Below are positions 37,394 through 45,706 of a DNA stretch of 64,000 nt, piece by piece (the stretch's first letter is position 1; each line of letters begins with the position of its first letter). The position numbers and the translations under genes are program-made. The DNA comes from Candidatus Poriferihabitaceae bacterium (GTDB lineage: Bacteria > Pseudomonadota > Gammaproteobacteria > Arenicellales > Poriferihabitantaceae): positions 266,547 to 330,546 of the forward strand of contig OZ253546.1 of the NCBI GenBank assembly GCA_965262585.1, written 5' to 3'. The notes below the pieces were generated by a model, which was not told the DNA's origin, ran no database searches, and worked only from the letters and a program-made list of their open reading frames with translations.

Positions 37394-38119
37394 TTATCCC
37401 CCCAACAAATCTTTTTTTGCTTGATTCAAGTGCGCGGTCATCGCTCGCACTGCGCCCGCCATGTCTCGGCGCAAGATCAGGCGCAGGAGTTCGGTGTGTT
37501 GTTGGTTGTAGATGGTTATTTTTTGCGCAGAAAGAATGTTGTTTTTTCGTTCGCTCCATTGACTGTGGGCGCGGATGTCATTGATGCGTTGGTACATCCA
37601 GACGAGCAGCGGATTTTGCGAGCAATGTGCCAGCGTCAGGTGAAAGGCTTCGTCGGCGGTGGAAAACGCATTCGGGTCGGTGTTGCTCGACACCACATGT
37701 TCCAGCGCTTTTTTAAGTTTTATCAGATCGCGATGATTGGCGTTGGTCACCACCAACTTGACCACATGCGGTTCGATGGCCAAGCGGGTTTCAATCAAAT
37801 CCAGCGGGCTGGTCCCTTCGGCGATGTCTTCTTGATCGAACTGGTTGTTGTAAGTAACGAAGGTTCCGCTACCAAACTTTCGCCGCACCAGTTTGGCTTG
37901 CTCCAACCGCATCAAGGCGGCGCGAACGGTTCCGCGGGCGGCGGAAAACTGGGTTGCCAGATAACGCTCTGACGGCAGGCGTTCGTTAAAATGATAATCG
38001 CCGTTGACGATGGCTGCGCGCAGGCGGCTAAAAACGCCCGAAGAACCGCGTGGGGTCGGCGGCGGCTGGTGGTTGGCGGGAGGCTCCATATACTTTGCAG
38101 TGGCGGGCAGTTGGTTCAT
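37394..38119 (-). CDS. GntR-family regulator with FadR-type C-terminal (FCD) domain
   Basis: Winged HTH ERYLATQFSAARGTVRAALMRLEQAKLVRRKFGSGTFV followed by a helical FCD-like domain. Confidence 0.8.
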   Translation of the reverse strand: MNQLPATAKYMEPPANHQPPPTPRGSSGVFSRLRAAIVNGDYHFNERLPSERYLATQFSAARGTVRAALMRLEQAKLVRRKFGSGTFVTYNNQFDQEDIAEGTSPLDLIETRLAIEPHVVKLVVTNANHRDLIKLKKALEHVVSSNTDPNAFSTADEAFHLTLAHCSQNPLLVWMYQRINDIRAHSQWSERKNNILSAQKITIYNQQHTELLRLILRRDMAGAVRAMTAHLNQAKKDLLGG

Positions 38120-38302
38120 GTGTGGTCCAATAAGGTATTATATTCCCATAGGATGAACTATTGCAAACCAGCGACTAATGGTGCTTTAATAGATAATTCT
38201 AGGATGGTTTCGCCAGAACTGCCGAATTACACGGGCAATACCAATATCGCACCAAAGCCCACGGCGAGCCCTTCTTAACCCCCTTTATCGGAGGACTGCA
38301 AG
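38120..38302. promoter_or_regulatory. AT-rich divergent control region between the GntR/liu and gmaS operons
   Basis: 183-bp AT-rich spacer. A GGAGGA Shine-Dalgarno lies 7 nt before ATG 38303. No operator could be defined by eye. Confidence 0.35.
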
Positions 38303-39862
38303 ATGGCCAAACAAAAGAGTGCTAATAAACGTACTGCGCGCAAAACTGCACCAAACACCACTACAAAACGCAGCACTTCCCGTGCGCAAACCTCGACCGA
38401 CCTTGAACGCCATGTCAACGCACCCGGACGTGCGGCGTTAGTCAAACAAGTCAGGGAAAAAATCGATCAACTCGGCGTCACTTATATCTATTTTCAATTC
38501 GTCTCGATCACCGGCCGCATCGTCGGCAAGGGCATTCCGGCGGATCACTGGGAACGCGTATCCGAAAAAGGTTTTCAGTTGGTCTACGGCTCCACCGCCA
38601 ACCTGTTCATCGACCGCCACGGCGATTACATCGGCTACGGCCCGGAAGCGTCCGAATTGGTGGGCATCGCCGACCCGGAGACATTCGTGCAACTGCCGTG
38701 GGACAAACGAATCGCGCGCGTGTTCTGCACCTGCTTTCGCAATCGTGAAGAACGGGTCAATCCCGGCGGCCACCTGACCTCGGATTGTCGCGGCAATCTG
38801 CGTCTGGTCCACGATGCGTTCAGCAAAAAACACAAAATGCATCTGCGCATGGGCACCGAGCCGGAAATGATGTGGTTAAAACTCGACGAGAATCGCGAAC
38901 TCAAAGGCGGCGTGACCAAACCCAACTGTTATCACATCGACCAATTCGAAGAATTGCGTCCGGCGTTTATGCAAGTGATCGAATACGCGCAGGCCATGGG
39001 CTTCGACATGATCCAAGGCGATCACGAAGACGCACCCGGCCAACTCGAGTTGAACTGGATGTTCGACTCGGTTATGCGAAATTCCGACCGACTGACTACC
39101 TATCGTCAAATCTGCGCGCAAGTTGCCAGAGAAAAGGGCTTGCACGCATGCTTTATGTCAAAGCCATTTATGAATGTATCGGCTTCCGGATGCCACCATA
39201 ACATGTCATTGTGGTCGGGCGGCAAGGACACGGTCAACAACCTCAGCCACAAAAACCTGCCCGGCATGGAAGACGTGTTTTCTTATCTGCAAGGCGGCAA
39301 CAACCACTTCATGCCGGACCCGAAGATCAATAAAGTAAAACCGGGGCCGGTCGGGCTGAACTCGATCGGTGGCGTGATCGAACACCTCAAAGCACTGACT
39401 TCCATCGGCTCATCAACGGTCAATTCCTACCGCAGATTGTGGGATACCGGTTTTTGGGCGCCGGTGTTCGCCGATTGGGGTTTTCAGAATCGCACTTGCG
39501 CGTTGCGCGTGTCGGCGCCGGGAAGATTCGAATACCGCTCGGTGGATTCGATGGTCAACCCGTATCTGATGGGCGCCGGTTTGCTGATGGCTTTTGACGA
39601 TGGCATATCCCGCAACCTCGACCCGGGCGAACCGGAAGAACGCAACATTTATGACGCCATGGAAGCCGGTAAACAAGTGACCAAACTGCCGATGAACCTC
39701 GGCGAAGCACTGGCGGAATTAGAAAAAGACGATGTGATTCGCGCCGCCATGCCGGGCGATATGTACCGCGTGTACCATCATTACAAAAACGACGAGTGGG
39801 AAAAATTCAATCACACCGTCACCAACTGGGACCTCGATCAATACCTCGATTGCCTGCCCTGA
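38303..39862 (+). CDS. gmaS: Glutamine-synthetase-family enzyme, probable gamma-glutamylmethylamide synthetase
   Basis: GS catalytic core (GDHEDAPGQLELNW, SASGCHHNMSLW, NSYRRL). Lies next to mgsABC. Carries a ~45-aa Lys/Arg/Thr-rich N-terminal extension. Confidence 0.75.
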   Translation: MAKQKSANKRTARKTAPNTTTKRSTSRAQTSTDLERHVNAPGRAALVKQVREKIDQLGVTYIYFQFVSITGRIVGKGIPADHWERVSEKGFQLVYGSTANLFIDRHGDYIGYGPEASELVGIADPETFVQLPWDKRIARVFCTCFRNREERVNPGGHLTSDCRGNLRLVHDAFSKKHKMHLRMGTEPEMMWLKLDENRELKGGVTKPNCYHIDQFEELRPAFMQVIEYAQAMGFDMIQGDHEDAPGQLELNWMFDSVMRNSDRLTTYRQICAQVAREKGLHACFMSKPFMNVSASGCHHNMSLWSGGKDTVNNLSHKNLPGMEDVFSYLQGGNNHFMPDPKINKVKPGPVGLNSIGGVIEHLKALTSIGSSTVNSYRRLWDTGFWAPVFADWGFQNRTCALRVSAPGRFEYRSVDSMVNPYLMGAGLLMAFDDGISRNLDPGEPEERNIYDAMEAGKQVTKLPMNLGEALAELEKDDVIRAAMPGDMYRVYHHYKNDEWEKFNHTVTNWDLDQYLDCLP

Positions 39863-39905
39863 CGCTGCAACCGCTCCCACGCTAACCTATCAAGAGGAAA
39901 ACATT

Positions 39906-40841
39906 ATGTGCGGTATCGCCGGGCTTATTCATCGCGGCACAACTTCGGACATCGGAACCGAGATGACCGCGATGTTGCAATCGCTCAAACATCGTGGCCC
40001 CGATTCGACCGGGTTCGCATTATATGGCAACCCCGAAGACAATCAGCACATAATGCGCTTCAAGGTCGCCGAGCAGGAAGACATGAACAAGGGCTTCGAG
40101 ATTCACGACCGCGTGGTCGAGCGTCGGGAGATCGTTGACCGACGTCTCGAAAAACTCGGCGCGAAGATAATCGCCAAAGATCAGGCGACCGAATATGCGC
40201 ATCGCTATACCTTCACCTATGACGGCGACCTGCGACACTTGGCGGAAGCCATCGAAGATGTGGACAACACGGAAATTCTATCCATCGGCCACGCGCTCGA
40301 GTTGATCAAAGACCTCGGCGACGCCGCCACGGTTGCCGCACAATACGAATTGCCGGGCTTCGTCGGCACCCACGCCATCGGCCACACCCGCATGGCGACC
40401 GAGTCGGATGTCGATATCCGTTCGGCGCATCCGTATTGGGCGTATCCGTTCAACGATGTGTCGGTGGTGCACAACGGCCAACTGACCAATTACTGGACTT
40501 TTCGCCGCGAAATGGAACGCCATAACCATCGCTTCGTGTCGAACTGCGATTCGGAACTAATCGCGGTTTATATCGCCAACCGCATCGACCGTGGCGACGA
40601 TCTGGAGGCGGCGATGCTACGTTCGGTGGATGAATTGGACGGCGTGTTCACCTATCTGGTGGCAACTTCAGACCAACTCGGCATGGCCAAGGATGTGATG
40701 GCGGCCAAACCGATGGTGTTATACGAAAGCGATGAATTCATCGGCCTCGCCTCCGAGGAAGTGGCAATCCGCAGCATCTTCCCGAATGAAATTGAAACAT
40801 GGGATCCATATGAAGGCGAGGTAAAAGTATGGCGCGCATAG
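39906..40841 (+). CDS. mgsA: N-methylglutamate synthase subunit A (class II Ntn glutamine-amidotransferase-like)
   Basis: MCGIAG N-terminal nucleophile and HTRMATES motif. 311 aa. GltB amidotransferase-domain homologue. Confidence 0.8.
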   Translation: MCGIAGLIHRGTTSDIGTEMTAMLQSLKHRGPDSTGFALYGNPEDNQHIMRFKVAEQEDMNKGFEIHDRVVERREIVDRRLEKLGAKIIAKDQATEYAHRYTFTYDGDLRHLAEAIEDVDNTEILSIGHALELIKDLGDAATVAAQYELPGFVGTHAIGHTRMATESDVDIRSAHPYWAYPFNDVSVVHNGQLTNYWTFRREMERHNHRFVSNCDSELIAVYIANRIDRGDDLEAAMLRSVDELDGVFTYLVATSDQLGMAKDVMAAKPMVLYESDEFIGLASEEVAIRSIFPNEIETWDPYEGEVKVWRA

Positions 40842-41698
40842 AAACCAAATCCGAAGTTGATTCCAAAGGCGGGCATAAATCCCACGACATGGGGTTGCAC
40901 GCCGAGCAGTTAAGCGGTCGCGCACAGCAGGTTTTTTTCAACGCCGCCGAGGAAGAAAACTTCACCTATCCGTGGTCGTTCACGGTGGATTTTGACGAGA
41001 AGGCCGAATTTGATGCGGTGGATATGGAGACCAACGCAATCAACCTCAAAATCCGCGAATTGATGCAACACGGAGTCGGCACGATCACGGTCAAAAATCC
41101 GCGCGCGCGCCACGGCGTCGGCGTGGGGATTCTCAATCGCCTCAACCTCAACTTTCAAGGTAGCCTCGGCTACTTCGGTTGCGGCTTGTCAGACGGCCCG
41201 AACATTCGCATCAGTGGCCGAGTCGGTTGGTCGTGCGCCGAAAACATGATGGCCGGTGTAATCGTGATTGACAAAAACGCCGGCTCAACTTTCGGCGCGG
41301 CGATACGCGGCGGCGATCTGGTATGCCGTGGCAACGTCGGCTCGCGCACCGGCATCGACCAAAAAGGCGGCACCATCCTGGTCGGCGGAAAAACCGGCGC
41401 GTTTTCCGGTTTCATGATGCAACGAGGCCGCATGATAATCTGCGGCGACGCCGGCAAAAACCTCGGCGACTCGATGTACGACGGTTGCATCTACGTCGGC
41501 GGCGAAGTCGCAAGCCTCGGCGTCGATTGCGTCCCGGCGGAGATGAGTGAAACCGAAGTGAAATGGCTCACCGAAAAATTGTCGATGTATGACTTTGCTC
41601 CGGCGTGTGGCGTGGAAAATATGAAAAAATTCACTTCAGGGAAACAGTTGTGGAATTATGATAATTTGGAACCGAGTGAGAAGAAGTTGGTTTTGTAA
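40829..41698 (+). CDS. mgsB: N-methylglutamate synthase subunit B (GXGXG-motif GltB C-terminal-domain-like)
   Basis: Repeated beta-helix Gly motifs (GSLGYFGCGLSDG, GNVGSRTG, GKTGAFSGFMM, GDAGKNLGDSMYDG). A GAGGT Shine-Dalgarno lies before ATG 40829; start 40889 is also possible. Confidence 0.75.
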   Translation: MARIETKSEVDSKGGHKSHDMGLHAEQLSGRAQQVFFNAAEEENFTYPWSFTVDFDEKAEFDAVDMETNAINLKIRELMQHGVGTITVKNPRARHGVGVGILNRLNLNFQGSLGYFGCGLSDGPNIRISGRVGWSCAENMMAGVIVIDKNAGSTFGAAIRGGDLVCRGNVGSRTGIDQKGGTILVGGKTGAFSGFMMQRGRMIICGDAGKNLGDSMYDGCIYVGGEVASLGVDCVPAEMSETEVKWLTEKLSMYDFAPACGVENMKKFTSGKQLWNYDNLEPSEKKLVL

Positions 41699-41759
41699 GT
41701 TAACTACTTGTAGATGCCCTTTCCCCTTTCCTTTATCAAACCATTGAGGTGAGTTACTC

Positions 41760-42110
41760 ATGCCTATTATTAATGATACTAAAAGCAAAATCAGACTTCC
41801 CAAAATAGACCAATCACAAAAACAAAAAATCTATGATTTTCTGCAGGGCGCGGTGTATTGCTGGTGTAAAAATCGAAAAGATGAAGATTTTTATTGTCGC
41901 GATTTAGTCGGTGGCGATAACAAAGATTGGAACGGCACTCCGCTTCTAGCAATTTATGAGTATCGCTGTAGTCTAAAGAGCGATGACCCAGAAGACTCGG
42001 CAGGCAAAGATGCCGGCTGGTTTCTTAAGCAAGTACTACGAAACGACAGCAGAAAATTTCAATCCGCTGACGGCGGTCACGCCAAATGCTACAAATGGAT
42101 TGATAGTTAA
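41760..42110 (+). CDS. Low-GC orphan protein, 116 aa, no recognisable family
   Basis: A good Shine-Dalgarno (GAGGTGA) lies 7 nt upstream. Cys/Trp-rich (CWCKNRKDEDFYCRD). G+C 23/60 at 41821-41880. A 6-bp hairpin (42119-42140) follows. Confidence 0.5.
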   Translation: MPIINDTKSKIRLPKIDQSQKQKIYDFLQGAVYCWCKNRKDEDFYCRDLVGGDNKDWNGTPLLAIYEYRCSLKSDDPEDSAGKDAGWFLKQVLRNDSRKFQSADGGHAKCYKWIDS

Positions 42111-42197
42111 ATCAATCGGGGACGGACTTGCTCCCGTCCTTACTAATATTCTTACTCAGGCCACCCAACATGACTACCACCCGAAACCACAACCACT

Positions 42198-42340
42198 ACG
42201 CCGTCATCCCGCGCAAGCGGGAATCCAGTCATCATGGATGGCACGATTTAGTTTCGTGTATTCGCTTTCTGGATTCCCGATACGATGAAAAATATGGTCG
42301 CTGACGCTCCCTATTTTTCTATCGTTCGGGAATGACGGCG
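42198..42340 (-). repeat. REP composite (dRS3-like atcccgcgcaagcgggaat at 42206-42224 plus hairpin 42273-42333), inverted copy of the element at 149-209
   Basis: Direct comparison: the reverse complement of 42273-42340 aligns with 145-225. Confidence 0.7.
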
Positions 42341-42380
42341 GTAGTTTTACCGACTTCCTTTTTTCACCAACGGAATAACC

Positions 42381-43718
42381 ATGACCACCACCCGTGACCC
42401 CAACCGCCTCGGCGACAGTTTCGTCTTCCCGCCGCATGTCATCGACGACATCCACATCAAGTCGGAACTTGGACGCTACCGTATGCGTGGGTTTTCCCTG
42501 TTTAAGAAAATTCCGAGTTGGGACGACCTGACTTTTCTACCGGGCACATTGACGCGCTTCGTCATCGAAGGCTACCGCGAGAAATGCCTGACCGAAACCG
42601 TCATCGGGCCGAAAGCCAAGCGTCCGTTGGTGTTGGATATTCCGGTTTATGTGACCGGCATGAGTTTCGGCGCGCTCTCGTACGAAGCCAAGACCGCATT
42701 GGCGCGTGGCGCGACCATGGCCGGCACCGCCACCTGCTCGGGCGAAGGCGGCATGCTCCCCGATGAGCGGCGTTATTCGGAGAAATGGTTATACCAGTGC
42801 ATCCAGTCCAGATACGGCTTCAACCCGAATCATTTGCGCTTGGCGGATGCCGTCGAGTTTTTCATCGGGCAAGGTTGCAAGGTCGGCCTCGGCGGGCATT
42901 TGATGGGGCAGAAGGTCACCGATCAGGTGGCCGAGATGCGCTCCCTGCCGGCTGGCATCGACCAACGTTCACCGGCGCGCCACCCGGACTGGCTCGGCCC
43001 CGACGACCTCGCGTTGAAAATCGATGAAATCCGCGAAGCGACCAATGGCGAAGTGCCTATTCAGTTGAAACTCGGCGCCGCGCGCGTTTATGACGATGTG
43101 CGCATGGCCGCCAAGACCGGGCCGGATTCGATCTACATGGACGGCATGGAAGGCGGCACCGGCGCCGGCCCGCATCTGGCCACCGAAGAAACCGGCGTGC
43201 CCGGCATCGCCGCCATCCGACAGGCGCGTCAGGCACTCGACGATGTCGGCAAGAGCGGCGAGATTTCGCTGGTATACGCCGGCGGCATCCGCAACGGCGG
43301 CGATGTCGCCAAGGCGCTCGCACTCGGCGCAGATGCGGTCGCCATCGGGCATTCGGTGATGATGGCTTTGAACTGCAACAAGAACATCCCGGAATCTGAT
43401 TTCCCCAACGAAATCGGGGTCGAAGCCGGGCATTGTTATCACTGCCACACCGGCCGCTGTCCGGTCGGCATCGCCACCCAAGACCCGCAACTGCGCGCGC
43501 GCCTGAATCCAGACGAAGCCGCCGTGCGAGTGTATAACTTCCTGCATACGCTGACCATCGAATGCCAGATGTTGGCGCGCGCTTGCGGAAAAACCAATGT
43601 GCATTCCCTCGAACCCGAAGACCTTGCGGCACTCACTATGGAAGCCTCGGCGATGGCGCAAGTGCCACTCGCGGGCACCCAGCATACCGTCGGCCAACCG
43701 CAGATGAAGCGATTTTAG
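42381..43718 (+). CDS. mgsC: N-methylglutamate synthase subunit C (FMN-binding glutamate-synthase-domain protein)
   Basis: GltB FMN-domain motifs (MSFGALS, CSGEGGM, MDGMEGGTGAGP, YAGGIRNGGDVAKALALGADAV). 445 aa. Confidence 0.8.
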   Translation: MTTTRDPNRLGDSFVFPPHVIDDIHIKSELGRYRMRGFSLFKKIPSWDDLTFLPGTLTRFVIEGYREKCLTETVIGPKAKRPLVLDIPVYVTGMSFGALSYEAKTALARGATMAGTATCSGEGGMLPDERRYSEKWLYQCIQSRYGFNPNHLRLADAVEFFIGQGCKVGLGGHLMGQKVTDQVAEMRSLPAGIDQRSPARHPDWLGPDDLALKIDEIREATNGEVPIQLKLGAARVYDDVRMAAKTGPDSIYMDGMEGGTGAGPHLATEETGVPGIAAIRQARQALDDVGKSGEISLVYAGGIRNGGDVAKALALGADAVAIGHSVMMALNCNKNIPESDFPNEIGVEAGHCYHCHTGRCPVGIATQDPQLRARLNPDEAAVRVYNFLHTLTIECQMLARACGKTNVHSLEPEDLAALTMEASAMAQVPLAGTQHTVGQPQMKRF

Positions 43719-43727
43719 GAGACCAAC

Positions 43728-44132
43728 ATGAACAAGACCGCCGAGACGAGCAACACCAATATCGATAAATTCATCGACTCCGATGGCCTCGACAGCAGCC
43801 GCGAACAGGAAATCGGCCAACACATCGGCTATCGCTACGATGTCAATCTAGTGCCGGACCTGGCGCGCTGTCCGCCTTTTCTGAAAAAATATATGGCGAT
43901 GATGGGGTGGACAGACCTCAACTGGCTCGAGGATGTACACATGGGCTACGAAGAAGGCCAACCGGCGGTATTCGACCGCAACATCAACGCCTGGGTGCGC
44001 GTGCCGGCGGACTTAAAACTCCCCGACAACCAACAAGACCGCGACATGATCGCACGAGAATTATTAATCAAGTTTCAGATGTCCGAATCCCATCCGATGG
44101 TGGAATTGATGAATGCGTATCGGAAGTTTTGA
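43728..44132 (+). CDS. Hypothetical 134-aa protein translationally coupled to mgsC
   Basis: An AGGAGA Shine-Dalgarno lies 6 nt before the ATG, which is 9 nt after the mgsC stop. Intermediate G+C (32/60 at 43741-43800, 27/60 at 44041-44100). No motif recognised. Confidence 0.55.
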   Translation: MNKTAETSNTNIDKFIDSDGLDSSREQEIGQHIGYRYDVNLVPDLARCPPFLKKYMAMMGWTDLNWLEDVHMGYEEGQPAVFDRNINAWVRVPADLKLPDNQQDRDMIARELLIKFQMSESHPMVELMNAYRKF

Positions 44133-44155
44133 TTCCGTGGCGATTAGAGGTAAGG

Positions 44156-44161
44156 TATAAT
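44156..44161 (+). promoter_or_regulatory. Possible -10 box (TATAAT) giving a near-leaderless methyltransferase transcript
   Basis: A perfect TATAAT ends 10 nt before ATG 44172, and no Shine-Dalgarno lies between them. Confidence 0.3.
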
Positions 44162-44171
44162 TCCGCGCACT

Positions 44172-45035
44172 ATGAAAGCACACTATTCCACGATTGGAGC
44201 CAGGGTTTACGCGGGAGATATTGTTGAAACATTAAACTCATTCCCGGACGAATGTGTCGATCTAATTTTTGCCGATCCCCCTTATAACTTATCCAACGGC
44301 GGGTTCACCTGTCACGCTGGAAAACGAGTTAGTGTAAACAAAGGGAAATGGGATAAAAGTAACGGCTTTGATGCGGATTTTGATTTTCACTGGAACTGGA
44401 TTGAAGCGTGTCGGCGTGTCCTGAAACCAAACGGATCGTTGTGGATTTCCGGGACATATCACTCGGTTTATATTTGCGGATATGCGCTACAGAAACAGGG
44501 CTGGCATTTTGTAAATGATATTTGTTGGTTTAAACCAAACGCGGCGCCGAATCTTGCCTGCCGAATGTTTACCGCAAGCCATGAAACGTTATTGTGGGTA
44601 CGAAAAAGCAAAAAATCTAAGCATTACTTTGATTATCCGACTGTCCGAGATCGCCATTGGGAGAATGACTTTATTAAAAAACCAAACAAACAAATGCGAA
44701 GCGTTTGGGCAATAGGTACGCCTAAACCACAAGAGAAAACTCACGGCAAGCACCCCGCCCAAAAACCAGAAGCATTACTGGAAAGAATCATATTGGCATG
44801 CAGCAAGAAAAACGATATTGTTCTCGATCCGTTTTGCGGTAGTGCAACTACCGGAGTAGTCGCTCTTCGCCATGACCGTCGGTTTGTCGGCATTGATTCG
44901 GAAATTGATTATCTGAATACGATGGCAATACCTAGAATTAAAGCCAGTAAGCACGATCATCCTTGGCCCAAAGCGGCTAAATCCAGAAAATTTACCGTAC
45001 AACAACAAAAGGCAGGATATGCACTGTTGCCGTAA
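44172..45035 (+). CDS. Beta-class N6-adenine DNA methyltransferase, DpnA / M.DpnIIB-like (probable GATC specificity)
   Basis: Motif IV IFADPPYNLSNGG precedes motif I LDPFCGSATTGVVA, which is the beta-class order. Extended similarity to DpnA as I remember it (KGKWDK, LKPNGSLWISG, PNAAPNLACRMFTASHETLLW, GKHPAQKPEALLERIILA). Confidence 0.8.
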   Translation: MKAHYSTIGARVYAGDIVETLNSFPDECVDLIFADPPYNLSNGGFTCHAGKRVSVNKGKWDKSNGFDADFDFHWNWIEACRRVLKPNGSLWISGTYHSVYICGYALQKQGWHFVNDICWFKPNAAPNLACRMFTASHETLLWVRKSKKSKHYFDYPTVRDRHWENDFIKKPNKQMRSVWAIGTPKPQEKTHGKHPAQKPEALLERIILACSKKNDIVLDPFCGSATTGVVALRHDRRFVGIDSEIDYLNTMAIPRIKASKHDHPWPKAAKSRKFTVQQQKAGYALLP

Positions 45036-45046
45036 TTTGAAAAATC

Positions 45047-45673
45047 ATGGATAAAAAAGAAGCAATCACCCGACTTTTAGAGATAAAAGGCAGAAACTTA
45101 CATGAATTAGCGGAAGAATATGAAGTGACTGTGGCCACCCCACGTGGAACTCAAAATAAGGGATGGGCCGGTCATGTATGCGAGCGCCACCTTGGTTTAG
45201 CACTTAACTCATCGCGAAGTCCCAATATGGGATCGTGGGAACTGAAAAGCACATCGCTAAAATATTTGGAAAGCGGAAAACTTTCCGTCAAAGAAACGAT
45301 GGCTATAACTATGATTGACCCTGTAGAGGTACGCCAAACGGAATTTGAACAAAGTCATATGCTAGCGAAACTCAATAAGGCCGTGGTCGTTGTACGAACA
45401 GTTGGAGAAAATTTCCGAGACCCAAGTTTTGTTCATTCTGTCATTGAAATCGAACTTGATGATGACCTATATGCAGCGGTAAAGGCGGACTACGATTTAG
45501 TGCGAAATATCCTGATCAAAGATCCGGAAAATGGATTCAGTAATCTAACCGGAAAAATGGGGTATTACATACAACCACGAACAAAAGGAGTCGGGCATGG
45601 AAGCATATCCAGAGCATTTTACGCTCGACCGAGATTTTTGAGGCTATTCTTGTCTTTAGACTCGAGTGTGTGA
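45047..45673 (+). CDS. MutH/Sau3AI-family endonuclease (probable GATC-specific restriction or nicking enzyme)
   Basis: Collinear by eye with E. coli MutH: LHELAEEY..NKGWAGHVCERHLG..GSWELKS..KLNKAVVVV..GYYIQPRTKG..RAFYARPRF. Confidence 0.7.
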   Translation: MDKKEAITRLLEIKGRNLHELAEEYEVTVATPRGTQNKGWAGHVCERHLGLALNSSRSPNMGSWELKSTSLKYLESGKLSVKETMAITMIDPVEVRQTEFEQSHMLAKLNKAVVVVRTVGENFRDPSFVHSVIEIELDDDLYAAVKADYDLVRNILIKDPENGFSNLTGKMGYYIQPRTKGVGHGSISRAFYARPRFLRLFLSLDSSV

Positions 45674-45706
45674 TTAAACGCCTTCACTAGTACGTTGATA
45701 CCACCG

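Noticed and set aside
42969-43823. 284-aa minus-strand ORF
   Set aside because: It is antisense to mgsC, which has strong FMN-domain motifs.
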